DNA from: Candidatus Omnitrophica bacterium UBA6249
GTDB lineage: Bacteria > Omnitrophota > Gorgyraeia > Gygaellales > Profunditerraquicolaceae
Assembly: GCA_002441305.1 (NCBI GenBank)
Contig: DJVT01000002.1
Coordinates: 16,335 to 80,334, forward strand
Length of the DNA: 64,000 nucleotides
Reading direction: 5' to 3'
This document shows positions 52,764-60,641 of the stretch, piece by piece. Made by a program: the position numbers and the translations under genes. Each line of letters opens with the position of its first letter. Positions within the stretch are counted from its first letter, which is position 1. Below the pieces are notes generated by a model. That model worked only from the letters and a program-made list of their open reading frames with translations. It was not told the origin of the DNA and ran no database searches.

Positions 52764-53042
52764 TCAGGCCTGCCCCTTTGGAAATCCGTACTTCTTATAG
52801 TCGAAACCGTTTTGCTCCAGGAGCCTGACCATCATGCTGTAAAAAGGCGAAGGGACATCAGAGAAGAATGCGGAAATCACGTCTTCCTCTTCCACGCGCA
52901 AAGACTTGCGGGCGGCCGCATTGGCCTGCGCCTGTTTCCTTACCACCGACTCGGTGATCCTGCGATGGAACACCGGGATCCTTGAAATTAAAACATTAAA
53001 TTTTTCTTCGGTCTTTACATCCCAATCCATTGCTTGCCCCAT
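52764..53042 (-). CDS. PCP_red-like small protein (protochlorophyllide-reductase C-terminal-type domain)
   Basis: 92 aa. WDVKTEEKFNVLISRIPVFHRRITESVVRKQAQANAAARKSLRVEEEDV fits the W..eAe..l..iP.f.R......e..A pattern of PF08369. Confidence 0.55.
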   Translation of the reverse strand: MGQAMDWDVKTEEKFNVLISRIPVFHRRITESVVRKQAQANAAARKSLRVEEEDVISAFFSDVPSPFYSMMVRLLEQNGFDYKKYGFPKGQA

Positions 53043-53079
53043 GCGCCTAAAACCGGGAAGGACCCGGATTATTAAATAT

Positions 53080-53097
53080 ATAGTAAAATTTTACTAT
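53080..53097. promoter_or_regulatory. Perfect 18-bp palindrome, candidate (PadR?) operator
   Basis: ATAGTAAAATTTTACTAT is self-complementary. It lies ~17-34 nt downstream of the -10 at 53119..53114 and ~40 nt upstream of ATG 53042. Confidence 0.5.
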
Positions 53098-53113
53098 TGT
53101 ATTTTATGGTCTT

Positions 53114-53142
53114 ATTTTATTATCTATGCGCCCCATTGTCAA
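53114..53142 (-). promoter_or_regulatory. Strong candidate sigma70-type promoter of the PKS operon
   Basis: Minus strand TTGACA (53142..53137), exactly 17 nt, TAAAAT (53119..53114), in the 115-nt gap after padR. Confidence 0.5.
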
Positions 53143-53157
53143 GGAGTAATATCAGGA

Positions 53158-53673
53158 TCAAAGTTCTTTTAACAGTTTGTTCAAGAAATCCCCTTCCGCC
53201 TGAAGCAGGCACAGGTTATGCCGCAATATGCGGGATAAAGAAGTCGATTTCCTGATTTTCCCGGAGTTCAGTGATTTTTGTATACTGGAAGAAATCTTGT
53301 TCAATATGGTCAGTCTGGCAGCCAGCCTGCGGCGGCTTAAGGCAGGTTTAAGATAATCCAGAAAATATAAACTTAGGTCAAGGGTGAACTGGGGGCGCTT
53401 GAAATCAAGAAGGCTTTTATTCAGCAGCTCTTCGAAACGCTCCCTGCCCTTATGGGTCAGGCAATAGACAAGTTTCTCCGGCCTGTTGCCTTTTTTATCA
53501 ATATGCTTATCAAGCAGGCCCTTGCTTTCCAGCACTCTTAAAGGATAGTATATGGATTTTAGATCTACCCCGGCGAACAAGGAAAGGATTTGTTTTATTT
53601 TAACCTTAATCTCGTAACCGTGCTTGGGGCTTTGACGCAATAAACCTAATAATATGAATTCCTGTTCGATCAT
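53158..53673 (-). CDS. PadR-family transcriptional regulator
   Basis: 171 aa. LLGLLRQSPKHGYEIKVKIKQILSLFAGVDLKSIYYPLRVLESKGLL is a PadR winged-helix pattern. ATG overlaps the accA stop. Confidence 0.85.
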   Translation of the reverse strand: MIEQEFILLGLLRQSPKHGYEIKVKIKQILSLFAGVDLKSIYYPLRVLESKGLLDKHIDKKGNRPEKLVYCLTHKGRERFEELLNKSLLDFKRPQFTLDLSLYFLDYLKPALSRRRLAARLTILNKISSSIQKSLNSGKIRKSTSLSRILRHNLCLLQAEGDFLNKLLKEL

Positions 53674-54617
53674 CCGGTAGCGCCTATGGCCCTGAATTTC
53701 TTATACCTTAAATCGAGCAACTCTTCTTTAGAAAAAGACTCCAATTCCTTGAAATTCCTCAAGAGGGTATCTTTCACATTCTGGGCCACTTTCCCGGGAT
53801 CCCTGTGCGCCCCCCCTAAAGGCTCGGGAACAACCTCATCGATGATCCCCATCTTTAAAAGATCCGGCCCGGTAAGCTTCAACACCTCCGCCGCACGGGA
53901 AGCCTTTGTCCCGTCTTTCCAAAGGATCGCTGCGCATCCTTCCGGGGAGATTACCGAATAATACGCATTTTCCAATACTGCCACGCGGTCTGCCACTCCT
54001 ACCCCCAAAGCCCCCCCTGACCCGCCTTCTCCGATTACTACCGCCACAACCGGAACCTTGATACGCATCATTTCCCTAAGATTAAGCGCGATCGCATGAG
54101 ACTGTCCGCGCTCCTCCGCCCCGATGCCGGGGTAGGCCCCGGGAGTGTCTATAAAGACGGATATGGGGAGATTGAACTCTTCGGCCAGCTGCATAACGCG
54201 CAACGCCTTACGGTAACCCTCCGGGTGAGCGCACCCAAAGTTACGTTTCAGGTTCTCTTTCGTATCCCTGCCTTTTTGGTGCCCCATAACCACAACTTTT
54301 TTCTTGTTAAGTTTTGCAACCCCGCAAACCATAGCTTTATCGTCGCTAAAAAGCCTGTCTCCGTGCAATTCCACAAAATCCGTCATAATCATATTTATGT
54401 AATCCAGGGTGTACGGTCTCATGGGATGACGGGCCAATTGCACCTTTTGCCAGGGCGTAAGATTGGCATAGACATCCTTTCTCAACTGCTCGAGTTTTTC
54501 CTCGAGCTTCTTTACCTCGGAAGATAAATCAATCTTCTTCTCGGAGATAAAGGACCTGAGATCCTGTATTTTTTTCTCTAATTCAATAATGGGTTTTTCG
54601 AAATCCAGTCCTGCCAT
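53670..54617 (-). CDS. accA: Acetyl-CoA carboxylase carboxyltransferase subunit alpha
   Basis: 315 aa. ...RHPMRPYTLDYI..., VVIGEGGSGGALG, SVISPEGCAAILW. Confidence 0.9.
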   Translation of the reverse strand: MAGLDFEKPIIELEKKIQDLRSFISEKKIDLSSEVKKLEEKLEQLRKDVYANLTPWQKVQLARHPMRPYTLDYINMIMTDFVELHGDRLFSDDKAMVCGVAKLNKKKVVVMGHQKGRDTKENLKRNFGCAHPEGYRKALRVMQLAEEFNLPISVFIDTPGAYPGIGAEERGQSHAIALNLREMMRIKVPVVAVVIGEGGSGGALGVGVADRVAVLENAYYSVISPEGCAAILWKDGTKASRAAEVLKLTGPDLLKMGIIDEVVPEPLGGAHRDPGKVAQNVKDTLLRNFKELESFSKEELLDLRYKKFRAIGATG

Positions 54618-54623
54618 AATATC

Positions 54624-55460
54624 CTACTCTACTACGGTAACCTCTGTCCCTGTGGGGACGATATCGTAGAGCTCCTCTACATCGGAATTACTCATGCGCA
54701 CACACCCCTGCGTTACTTGTTTGCCCAACTCCTGCGGCTCGGTAGTACCGTGTATTCCGTAACCGGAAAGGTTAAATCCCATCCAGCGGGTTCCTAAAAC
54801 ATTGTCCAGGCTCCCCGCAGGAACCACAGTACCTGCTTTGAACCATGTCGGATTTGCAAGTTTATTGACTATTTTAAAAACCCCGGCCGGGGTGCAGTTA
54901 TCTTTACCGGTAGAAACGATGTAAGTTTTTACCAGCTCTTCGTCGCTCTTAAGCAGCATGATGTTCTGTGACTTGTCCACCAATATGCTGAAAGGCGCAT
55001 TCCAGACTTTTATTTTACGGCCAGGGATTATAAGTGAATCGTTGATGTCGTTGCTTTTCATAATAAGTTCGGTGGTGGTTTTATACTCGCGGGCTATCTT
55101 ATTAAGCGTATCCCCGGGTTTAATCTGATAAATTATACTATGCGGAGTTATTGCCGGAGAAAATAACAATTTAATGTTGATTTCCTCGGTCTTCTTTTGC
55201 CAGTTAACCACATCCGGAGACTGAAAGAAATCATTAACCAGCTTCTGGTAAACAGCTTTTGCCTCAAGAAGATCCCCCTTCGTTTCCAATTTTCTGGCTT
55301 CATTAAGCAGGCTGTGAATAGATGAACGGCTTTCTGCAGTTCTAATGGCTTTAACCGATTTTTTTACCCCCACAAAGGCAAGGAACACCGCTGCTGCCGC
55401 TACTGCCAAAACCGTAAAAATTACTTTCTTATTCACAAAACCTCCGATCTGCCCCGTCAA
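54624..55460 (-). CDS. LysM-domain L,D-transpeptidase (YkuD family)
   Basis: 278 aa. TM anchor, LysM region YQIKPGDTLNKIAREYKTT, and catalytic IHGT...GCVRMSN. Confidence 0.85.
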   Translation of the reverse strand: MTGQIGGFVNKKVIFTVLAVAAAAVFLAFVGVKKSVKAIRTAESRSSIHSLLNEARKLETKGDLLEAKAVYQKLVNDFFQSPDVVNWQKKTEEINIKLLFSPAITPHSIIYQIKPGDTLNKIAREYKTTTELIMKSNDINDSLIIPGRKIKVWNAPFSILVDKSQNIMLLKSDEELVKTYIVSTGKDNCTPAGVFKIVNKLANPTWFKAGTVVPAGSLDNVLGTRWMGFNLSGYGIHGTTEPQELGKQVTQGCVRMSNSDVEELYDIVPTGTEVTVVE

Positions 55461-55906
55461 ATACGGGACAATAAAGCTATGGCGATCCCGAGCAGCAGCC
55501 CCATAATAACTTCTATCGGGGTATGCCCGATAAGCTCCCGCAGGCGGGTCTCCTGCATTTTACCCTGCCAGTATATATCATCCATGATCTTATTCAGAAT
55601 GACCGCTTGTTTACCAGTAGCCCGGCGTACACCCTGGGCATCAAACATAACCACGATCGCAAAAGCAAAAGCGAGGGCAAAATATACACTGTCAAAACCG
55701 CAATCCAGGCCAACGCTCATTGCCAAGCAGGAAGCCCCGGAAGCGTGGGAAGAAGGCATCCCCCCGCTTCCAATAAACAAGCGAAAATCGAACTTCTTCT
55801 TGCGAAACACGCCTATACCCACTTTTATCGCTTGAGCGATAAGCCAAGCGGAAATAGTCGTCATTAGAATCTTGTTGCTGTAAATCGCTATAAAAAAGCT
55901 CTTCAT
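55457..55906 (-). CDS. Divergent PAP2-family membrane protein (DUF212)
   Basis: 149 aa, polytopic. GGMPSSHAS and MFDAQGVRR motifs of PF02681. Confidence 0.75.
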   Translation of the reverse strand: MKSFFIAIYSNKILMTTISAWLIAQAIKVGIGVFRKKKFDFRLFIGSGGMPSSHASGASCLAMSVGLDCGFDSVYFALAFAFAIVVMFDAQGVRRATGKQAVILNKIMDDIYWQGKMQETRLRELIGHTPIEVIMGLLLGIAIALLSRI

Positions 55907-55913
55907 CTGGCGG

Positions 55914-55942
55914 AAAAAGGGCAGTTTCTCAAACTAGCCCTT
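55914..55942 (-). terminator. Intrinsic-terminator-like hairpin inside a 5' leader (attenuator candidate)
   Basis: Minus strand AAGGGC-T-AGTTT-GAG-AAACT-GCCCTT followed by TTTCC, an ~11-bp interrupted stem plus a U-tract. It ends 7 nt before ATG 55906. Confidence 0.45.
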
Positions 55943-56073
55943 TCTTTAGCTTTCGCAATAAGTTTCGTTCCTGTTTAACCGATCTACGTGTCCGGAACTT
56001 GAAAAACAAGATTCCCGCAAGCCGAAAAATACCCGTTAATTCCGTAACCGGCCTGCCCTATTTATGAAGTTAT

Positions 56074-56102
56074 ATTATAGTGACCCGCCAGGCAAAAAGC
56101 AA
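56074..56102 (-). promoter_or_regulatory. Candidate sigma70-type promoter driving the leader of the DUF212 / L,D-transpeptidase / accA string
   Basis: Minus strand TTGCTT (56102..56097), 17 nt, TATAAT (56079..56074). The predicted TSS is ~160 nt upstream of ATG 55906. Confidence 0.45.
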
Positions 56103-56173
56103 GATATTTTATCCTTGAAATAGTTAGATTTGCCTTGTTTGCCCGTCTATTACCGTAAACAAAAGGAGGGGCC

Positions 56174-57703
56174 ATGATATCAAGAGTAACCAGCTTTGGA
56201 CTGCTGGGGTTAGACGCATACCCGGTAGAAATAGAAGTCGATGTAACAAAAGGGCTGCCGGCGGTCAGCCTGGTAGGGATGACCGATACAGCTGTGAAAG
56301 AAAGCAAGGAAAGGGTCCGTTCGGCAATCAAAAACTCCGGATTCAAATGGCCGGCGGGTAGAATAACCATAAATCTTGCTCCTTCCGATATCAAAAAGGA
56401 AGGGGCGTGTTTCGACCTCCCCATAGCCCTCGGGATACTTATTTCAAGCGGGCAGATCAATCCCGAGCGTATTCACGAATACGTCTTCTTGGGAGAGCTA
56501 TCCCTGGATGGCAGGATCAAGCCAATACACGGCATTCTGGCCATAGGGATGGGAATGACAAGCCGGCGCTTCAACAATCTTGTCTTGCCGGAGGAAAACG
56601 CGAATGAATCCGGGATAATCCCGGATCTCGACACATGGCCACAAAGGACCTTGAAGGATGTGATACAATTCCTGAGCGAAAGCCCTGCAAAAGAACCATA
56701 CCGTTTCACCCCGGGAGCGACAACCGCAAAAAGAAAAAACTATGATATGGATTTCTCCGAAGTAAAAGGTCAATATTTCGCAAAAAGGGCTCTTGAGGTG
56801 GCAGTTGCCGGGGGACATAATATAGCCATGATCGGCCCTCCCGGAAGCGGAAAAACAATGCTTGCAAAAAGAATACCCACAATCATGCCGGATCTTTCTC
56901 TCGACGAGATACTCGAGATAACCAGAATCCATTCTGTGGCCGGAACGATGATAAACAAAACCGGACTTCTGGACACAAGGCCTTTCCGCTCACCACACCA
57001 CAGTATTTCCCATACCGCCCTTACCGGAGGAGGATCTATTCCTAAACCCGGAGAGATAAGCCTGGCGCACTACGGGGTGCTCTTTCTGGATGAACTGCCG
57101 GAATTCAACCGCAACACGCTTGAAGCGCTAAGGCAGCCGTTGGAAGACAATTTTATTTGCATAGGCCGTATCAAACATACGGTGGTCTTTCCTTGCTGCT
57201 TTATTTTAGTGGCCGCCCTTAATCCCTGCCCCTGCGGAAATTATTTTACTCCCGGTAAAATTTGCCACTGCAGCCCCACCAAAATAAAGAATTACCTGGG
57301 GAAGATATCCGGTCCGCTGCTCGATAGGATAGATATACATATAGAAGTGCCGCAGTTAAAATACCGCGAAATGTCGGAAAACAGGGAAGAGGAATCCTCC
57401 GAAAAGATCAGGGGCCGCGTAGAAAAGGCGCGGGAGCTGCAAAAGAAGAGGTTCAGGAGTTATCCAAAGGTACTGCATAACGCCCAAATGAACGGAAAAA
57501 TAATCAAGGAGTGCTGTCTGCTGGACGAAGAAGCCTGGAGGATACTACGTATGGCTATCGCGGAGCTGGGGCTTTCAGCGAGGGCTCATGATAAAATATT
57601 AAAAATAAGCAGGACTGTCGCTGACTTATCCGGCTCAGAACAGATACTCGCTGAACATATTTCCGAAGCGGCGCAATACCGGAACATGGACAGGTTCTTT
57701 TAG
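56174..57703 (+). CDS. comM: YifB/ComM-family Mg-chelatase-like ATPase
   Basis: 509 aa. Lon-like N-terminal domain, Walker A GPPGSGKT, GVLFLDELPEF, and C-terminal ...ARAHDKILKISRTVADL. RBS AAAAGGAGGGG. Confidence 0.9.
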   Translation: MISRVTSFGLLGLDAYPVEIEVDVTKGLPAVSLVGMTDTAVKESKERVRSAIKNSGFKWPAGRITINLAPSDIKKEGACFDLPIALGILISSGQINPERIHEYVFLGELSLDGRIKPIHGILAIGMGMTSRRFNNLVLPEENANESGIIPDLDTWPQRTLKDVIQFLSESPAKEPYRFTPGATTAKRKNYDMDFSEVKGQYFAKRALEVAVAGGHNIAMIGPPGSGKTMLAKRIPTIMPDLSLDEILEITRIHSVAGTMINKTGLLDTRPFRSPHHSISHTALTGGGSIPKPGEISLAHYGVLFLDELPEFNRNTLEALRQPLEDNFICIGRIKHTVVFPCCFILVAALNPCPCGNYFTPGKICHCSPTKIKNYLGKISGPLLDRIDIHIEVPQLKYREMSENREEESSEKIRGRVEKARELQKKRFRSYPKVLHNAQMNGKIIKECCLLDEEAWRILRMAIAELGLSARAHDKILKISRTVADLSGSEQILAEHISEAAQYRNMDRFF

Positions 57704-57712
57704 GGGTTGCAT

Positions 57713-58657
57713 TTACTCTCCTACAACCTCGATATCGACGGTTGCGCTTGCTTTTCCCCCTTTATCATCCTTTACCGTTAACTTGGCGGTAAAAAAACGC
57801 GAGCCGTAAGTAGTGCTCCAATAGGTATTGGAAGGATTCTTGCCCGAAGAAACATCCCCGTCTCCAAAATCCCAAGAATAAGAAACTATCTTGCCGGAGG
57901 AAGAATAGGACTTTGCGCCGTTAAAATTCACCTGCAAGGGAGAAGCCCCTTTCGTGGGCCTGGCGGTAATTACGGCAACCGGAGATTCCAATCTTTCCTC
58001 CTCCTGAGGGATAAGACTGCGGTTATCTTTAGGGGAGGATTCTTCTGCTATGACCCCGCTCACCGCTCCGGCATCGAGAGCCACGGGATCCCGAGGGGCG
58101 ACTTCCGGGGTTTCTTTACGGATAGGCGCAACTTCCGGCGAGACTTGCACGGCAACAGATCCCTGCTCCAAAGGCTTCTCCGCAGCCAGATCCTCTTCTA
58201 CGTAAATCATCAGCCTTGCCTTCAGATTTTCCGCTTGAGTCTTCTCCAGCTCGTCCTTCTTCTCATCCATAAAATCAACTGTTTTCCTGTATTCCGGATC
58301 ACGGTTATATTTATAGTCATCGAAGGCGATAAACGGCCAGCGCAATATCCCCCCCAGAAAATCCAGCATCATGAGGGGAGGATCCAGGAAAATCGATTTG
58401 AACCGCCCCTCTATTAACCCCAGCTTCTTATAGTAATACTCGACGGTAGCGCGCCTCCTGAGGAAGCGCTCTTTTGCCAGAGAAAGATCCGGGACGGAAT
58501 TATCTTTTCCAAGCGTATATTCGGGGATAGCCTTCCCATCATAACAGACGACATATCCATTTTCATAAGGAGCGTCCCCCTTCTGGAATTTATAAGTGGC
58601 GCATCCTGATAAAAATAATAAAGCCAGCAGCAAAAATATTTTTCTCAATTTAGTCAC
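57713..58657 (-). CDS. Lipoprotein with C-terminal PKD domain
   Basis: 314 aa. Lipobox LLFLSGC. C-terminus [29 protein letters not shown]...[11 protein letters not shown] is a PKD domain pattern. Confidence 0.7.
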   Translation of the reverse strand: MTKLRKIFLLLALLFLSGCATYKFQKGDAPYENGYVVCYDGKAIPEYTLGKDNSVPDLSLAKERFLRRRATVEYYYKKLGLIEGRFKSIFLDPPLMMLDFLGGILRWPFIAFDDYKYNRDPEYRKTVDFMDEKKDELEKTQAENLKARLMIYVEEDLAAEKPLEQGSVAVQVSPEVAPIRKETPEVAPRDPVALDAGAVSGVIAEESSPKDNRSLIPQEEERLESPVAVITARPTKGASPLQVNFNGAKSYSSSGKIVSYSWDFGDGDVSSGKNPSNTYWSTTYGSRFFTAKLTVKDDKGGKASATVDIEVVGE

Positions 58658-59213
58658 CTTTTTTCATCAAGGCCAGCGCCTCGGAGCGGGTTTTCTGGTT
58701 TTCCTTAAAGATTCCGCGCACCGCGCTGGTTACCGTCATTACTCCCGGTTTCTTGACGCCGCGCATGGACATACAGAGGTGTTCGGCCTCGATCACAACC
58801 ATAACCCCCAAAGGATCCAGCTTGTGCATGATGATATCCGCAATCTGAGTGGTCAAACGTTCCTGCACCTGCGGACGCCGGCTGAATATATCCACCACCC
58901 GGGCAAGCTTGCTTAATCCAGTCACCCTCCCGTTCTTGGGGATATAAGCTATATTCGCCTTGCCGGTGAAAGGCAGGAGGTGGTGTTCGCAAACCGAATA
59001 AAGAGGTATCCCGCGCAACAAAACAATCTCATGATGCTTCTGCTCCAGGACGACTTCCAGCTCTTTTTCGGGATCCTGGTTTATCCCTGAAAAAATCTCT
59101 TCATACATATCGGCGACCCTCCGCGGAGTTTCCAGCAAATCCTCTCTCCCGGGATCATCTCCGATCGCCTCCAATATCTGGAAAACAGCTTTTTCAATCT
59201 TATTTTTATCCAT
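58650..59213 (-). CDS. folE: GTP cyclohydrolase I
   Basis: 187 aa. ...[20 protein letters not shown]..., ...ERLTTQIA..., HLCMSMRGV. Confidence 0.9.
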   Translation of the reverse strand: MDKNKIEKAVFQILEAIGDDPGREDLLETPRRVADMYEEIFSGINQDPEKELEVVLEQKHHEIVLLRGIPLYSVCEHHLLPFTGKANIAYIPKNGRVTGLSKLARVVDIFSRRPQVQERLTTQIADIIMHKLDPLGVMVVIEAEHLCMSMRGVKKPGVMTVTSAVRGIFKENQKTRSEALALMKKGD

Positions 59214-59255
59214 ATGGTTTTATTATCTAACGAAAAAAGCCTTTCTGCAATAAGT

Positions 59256-60641
59256 TTATTTCCCGATGCAGAAATCCGAGAATATCCTGTCCAGGACGGA
59301 AGCGGAAGAATCCCTGCCCAGTATTCTGTCCAGGCAGGACACCGCGTCTTTCAAATCCTGCGCCAGGAGCTCCGCAGACAATCTTTCGGATAATCCGGAA
59401 GAAGCCGCCGCAATAAATCCTTGCGCCTTTCTCAATTCCTCTACATGCCTCATGCTGGTAACCAGCACGGATTCCGAATCGGCACTTTTACCCTGGTAAA
59501 CAAAATCATAAATGGCCTCTTCAAGAAAGCCGATATTTTTCATCTTCCGGGCAGAGATTTCCACCACCCTGGGAAAAGCTTTCCTGATCGCCCCGCCGTC
59601 AATCTGCTGCCTGAGATCTATCTTGTTGATTACGGCAATGACATTATCCTTCATGCGTAATCTGCGCATAATAAGACGGTCCTCTTTCGTAAGCCTTCTG
59701 CCTGCGTCAAATAAAACGATGACTAAATCGGCCGAACGTATGTGGGCCCGGGTTCTGGATACGGCCTTCTTCTCGATCAAATCGCGGGGTTCAAGTATGC
59801 CTGCGGTATCCATAATTTTTACCGGGATGCCCTTTATATCTACTACTTCTTCTATGGAATCACGCGTAGTACCCGCTACAGAAGTAACAATAGCCCTTTC
59901 TTTTTTAAGCAAAGCGTTCAAGAGGGACGATTTGCCTACGTTAGGCCTCCCGCAAATTACCGCGCTCACTCCCTCGCGCAGCATCAAACCGGCGCCGGCC
60001 CCCTCCAATAATTTATTTATTCCGAAAAGGGCGGAACTTAATTCTTTGTCTATATTTGGCCTATCCCGGGAACCGGTATCCTCCTCGGGAAAATCTATTT
60101 GCGCTTCGAGAACCACAAGGCAATCCGTAAGAAAACGGCTGATTCTGCCCAATTCTTTTGACAATCCCCCTTTTAACTGGCTTAAGCTGATCTTGAGCGC
60201 GGATTCGGTTTTTGCCTCAATCACGCCTGCCACCGCTTCAGCCTGGGCAAGATCTATCCGCCCGTTTAAAAATGCCCTTCTGGTAAATTCTCCCGGGGAG
60301 GCCATGCGGCACCCGCTGGCTAAAACTGCATCGAGGACATTTTTTAACGGCAACAGCCCTCCATGGCAGTTTATCTCGACTACATCCTCTCTGGTATAAG
60401 AAAAGGGTGCGCGCATAACCGAAACGAGCACTTCATCAAGGGTGCGCGCGTCATAAACTATGCTTCCATAATGAAAAGTGTAGGTTTTAAATGCGGAAGG
60501 CTTTATGCCTTTCTTGCTCACGAATATTTTATCGACTATGCTCAGCGCCTGCGGCCCGCTCAAACGCACAATACCTACCGGGCTTTTTCCTGAACCCGTG
60601 GTTACCGCGGCAATCGTATCACGAATATTTTCTATAAACAT
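59256..60641 (-). CDS. mnmE: tRNA modification GTPase MnmE
   Basis: Start moved to ATG 60641 (MFIENIRDTIAAV...); the track start 60686 lies inside folC. G-domain GRPNVGKSSLLNAL, DTAG. C-terminus FCIGK. Confidence 0.9.
   Translation of the reverse strand: MFIENIRDTIAAVTTGSGKSPVGIVRLSGPQALSIVDKIFVSKKGIKPSAFKTYTFHYGSIVYDARTLDEVLVSVMRAPFSYTREDVVEINCHGGLLPLKNVLDAVLASGCRMASPGEFTRRAFLNGRIDLAQAEAVAGVIEAKTESALKISLSQLKGGLSKELGRISRFLTDCLVVLEAQIDFPEEDTGSRDRPNIDKELSSALFGINKLLEGAGAGLMLREGVSAVICGRPNVGKSSLLNALLKKERAIVTSVAGTTRDSIEEVVDIKGIPVKIMDTAGILEPRDLIEKKAVSRTRAHIRSADLVIVLFDAGRRLTKEDRLIMRRLRMKDNVIAVINKIDLRQQIDGGAIRKAFPRVVEISARKMKNIGFLEEAIYDFVYQGKSADSESVLVTSMRHVEELRKAQGFIAAASSGLSERLSAELLAQDLKDAVSCLDRILGRDSSASVLDRIFSDFCIGK

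Noticed and set aside
56062-56460. 132-aa minus-strand ORF spanning the comM 5' end
   Set aside because: It is antisense to the strongly supported comM N-terminus. Its 3' part coincides with the promoter/leader proposed for the DUF212 gene. It has no motif.
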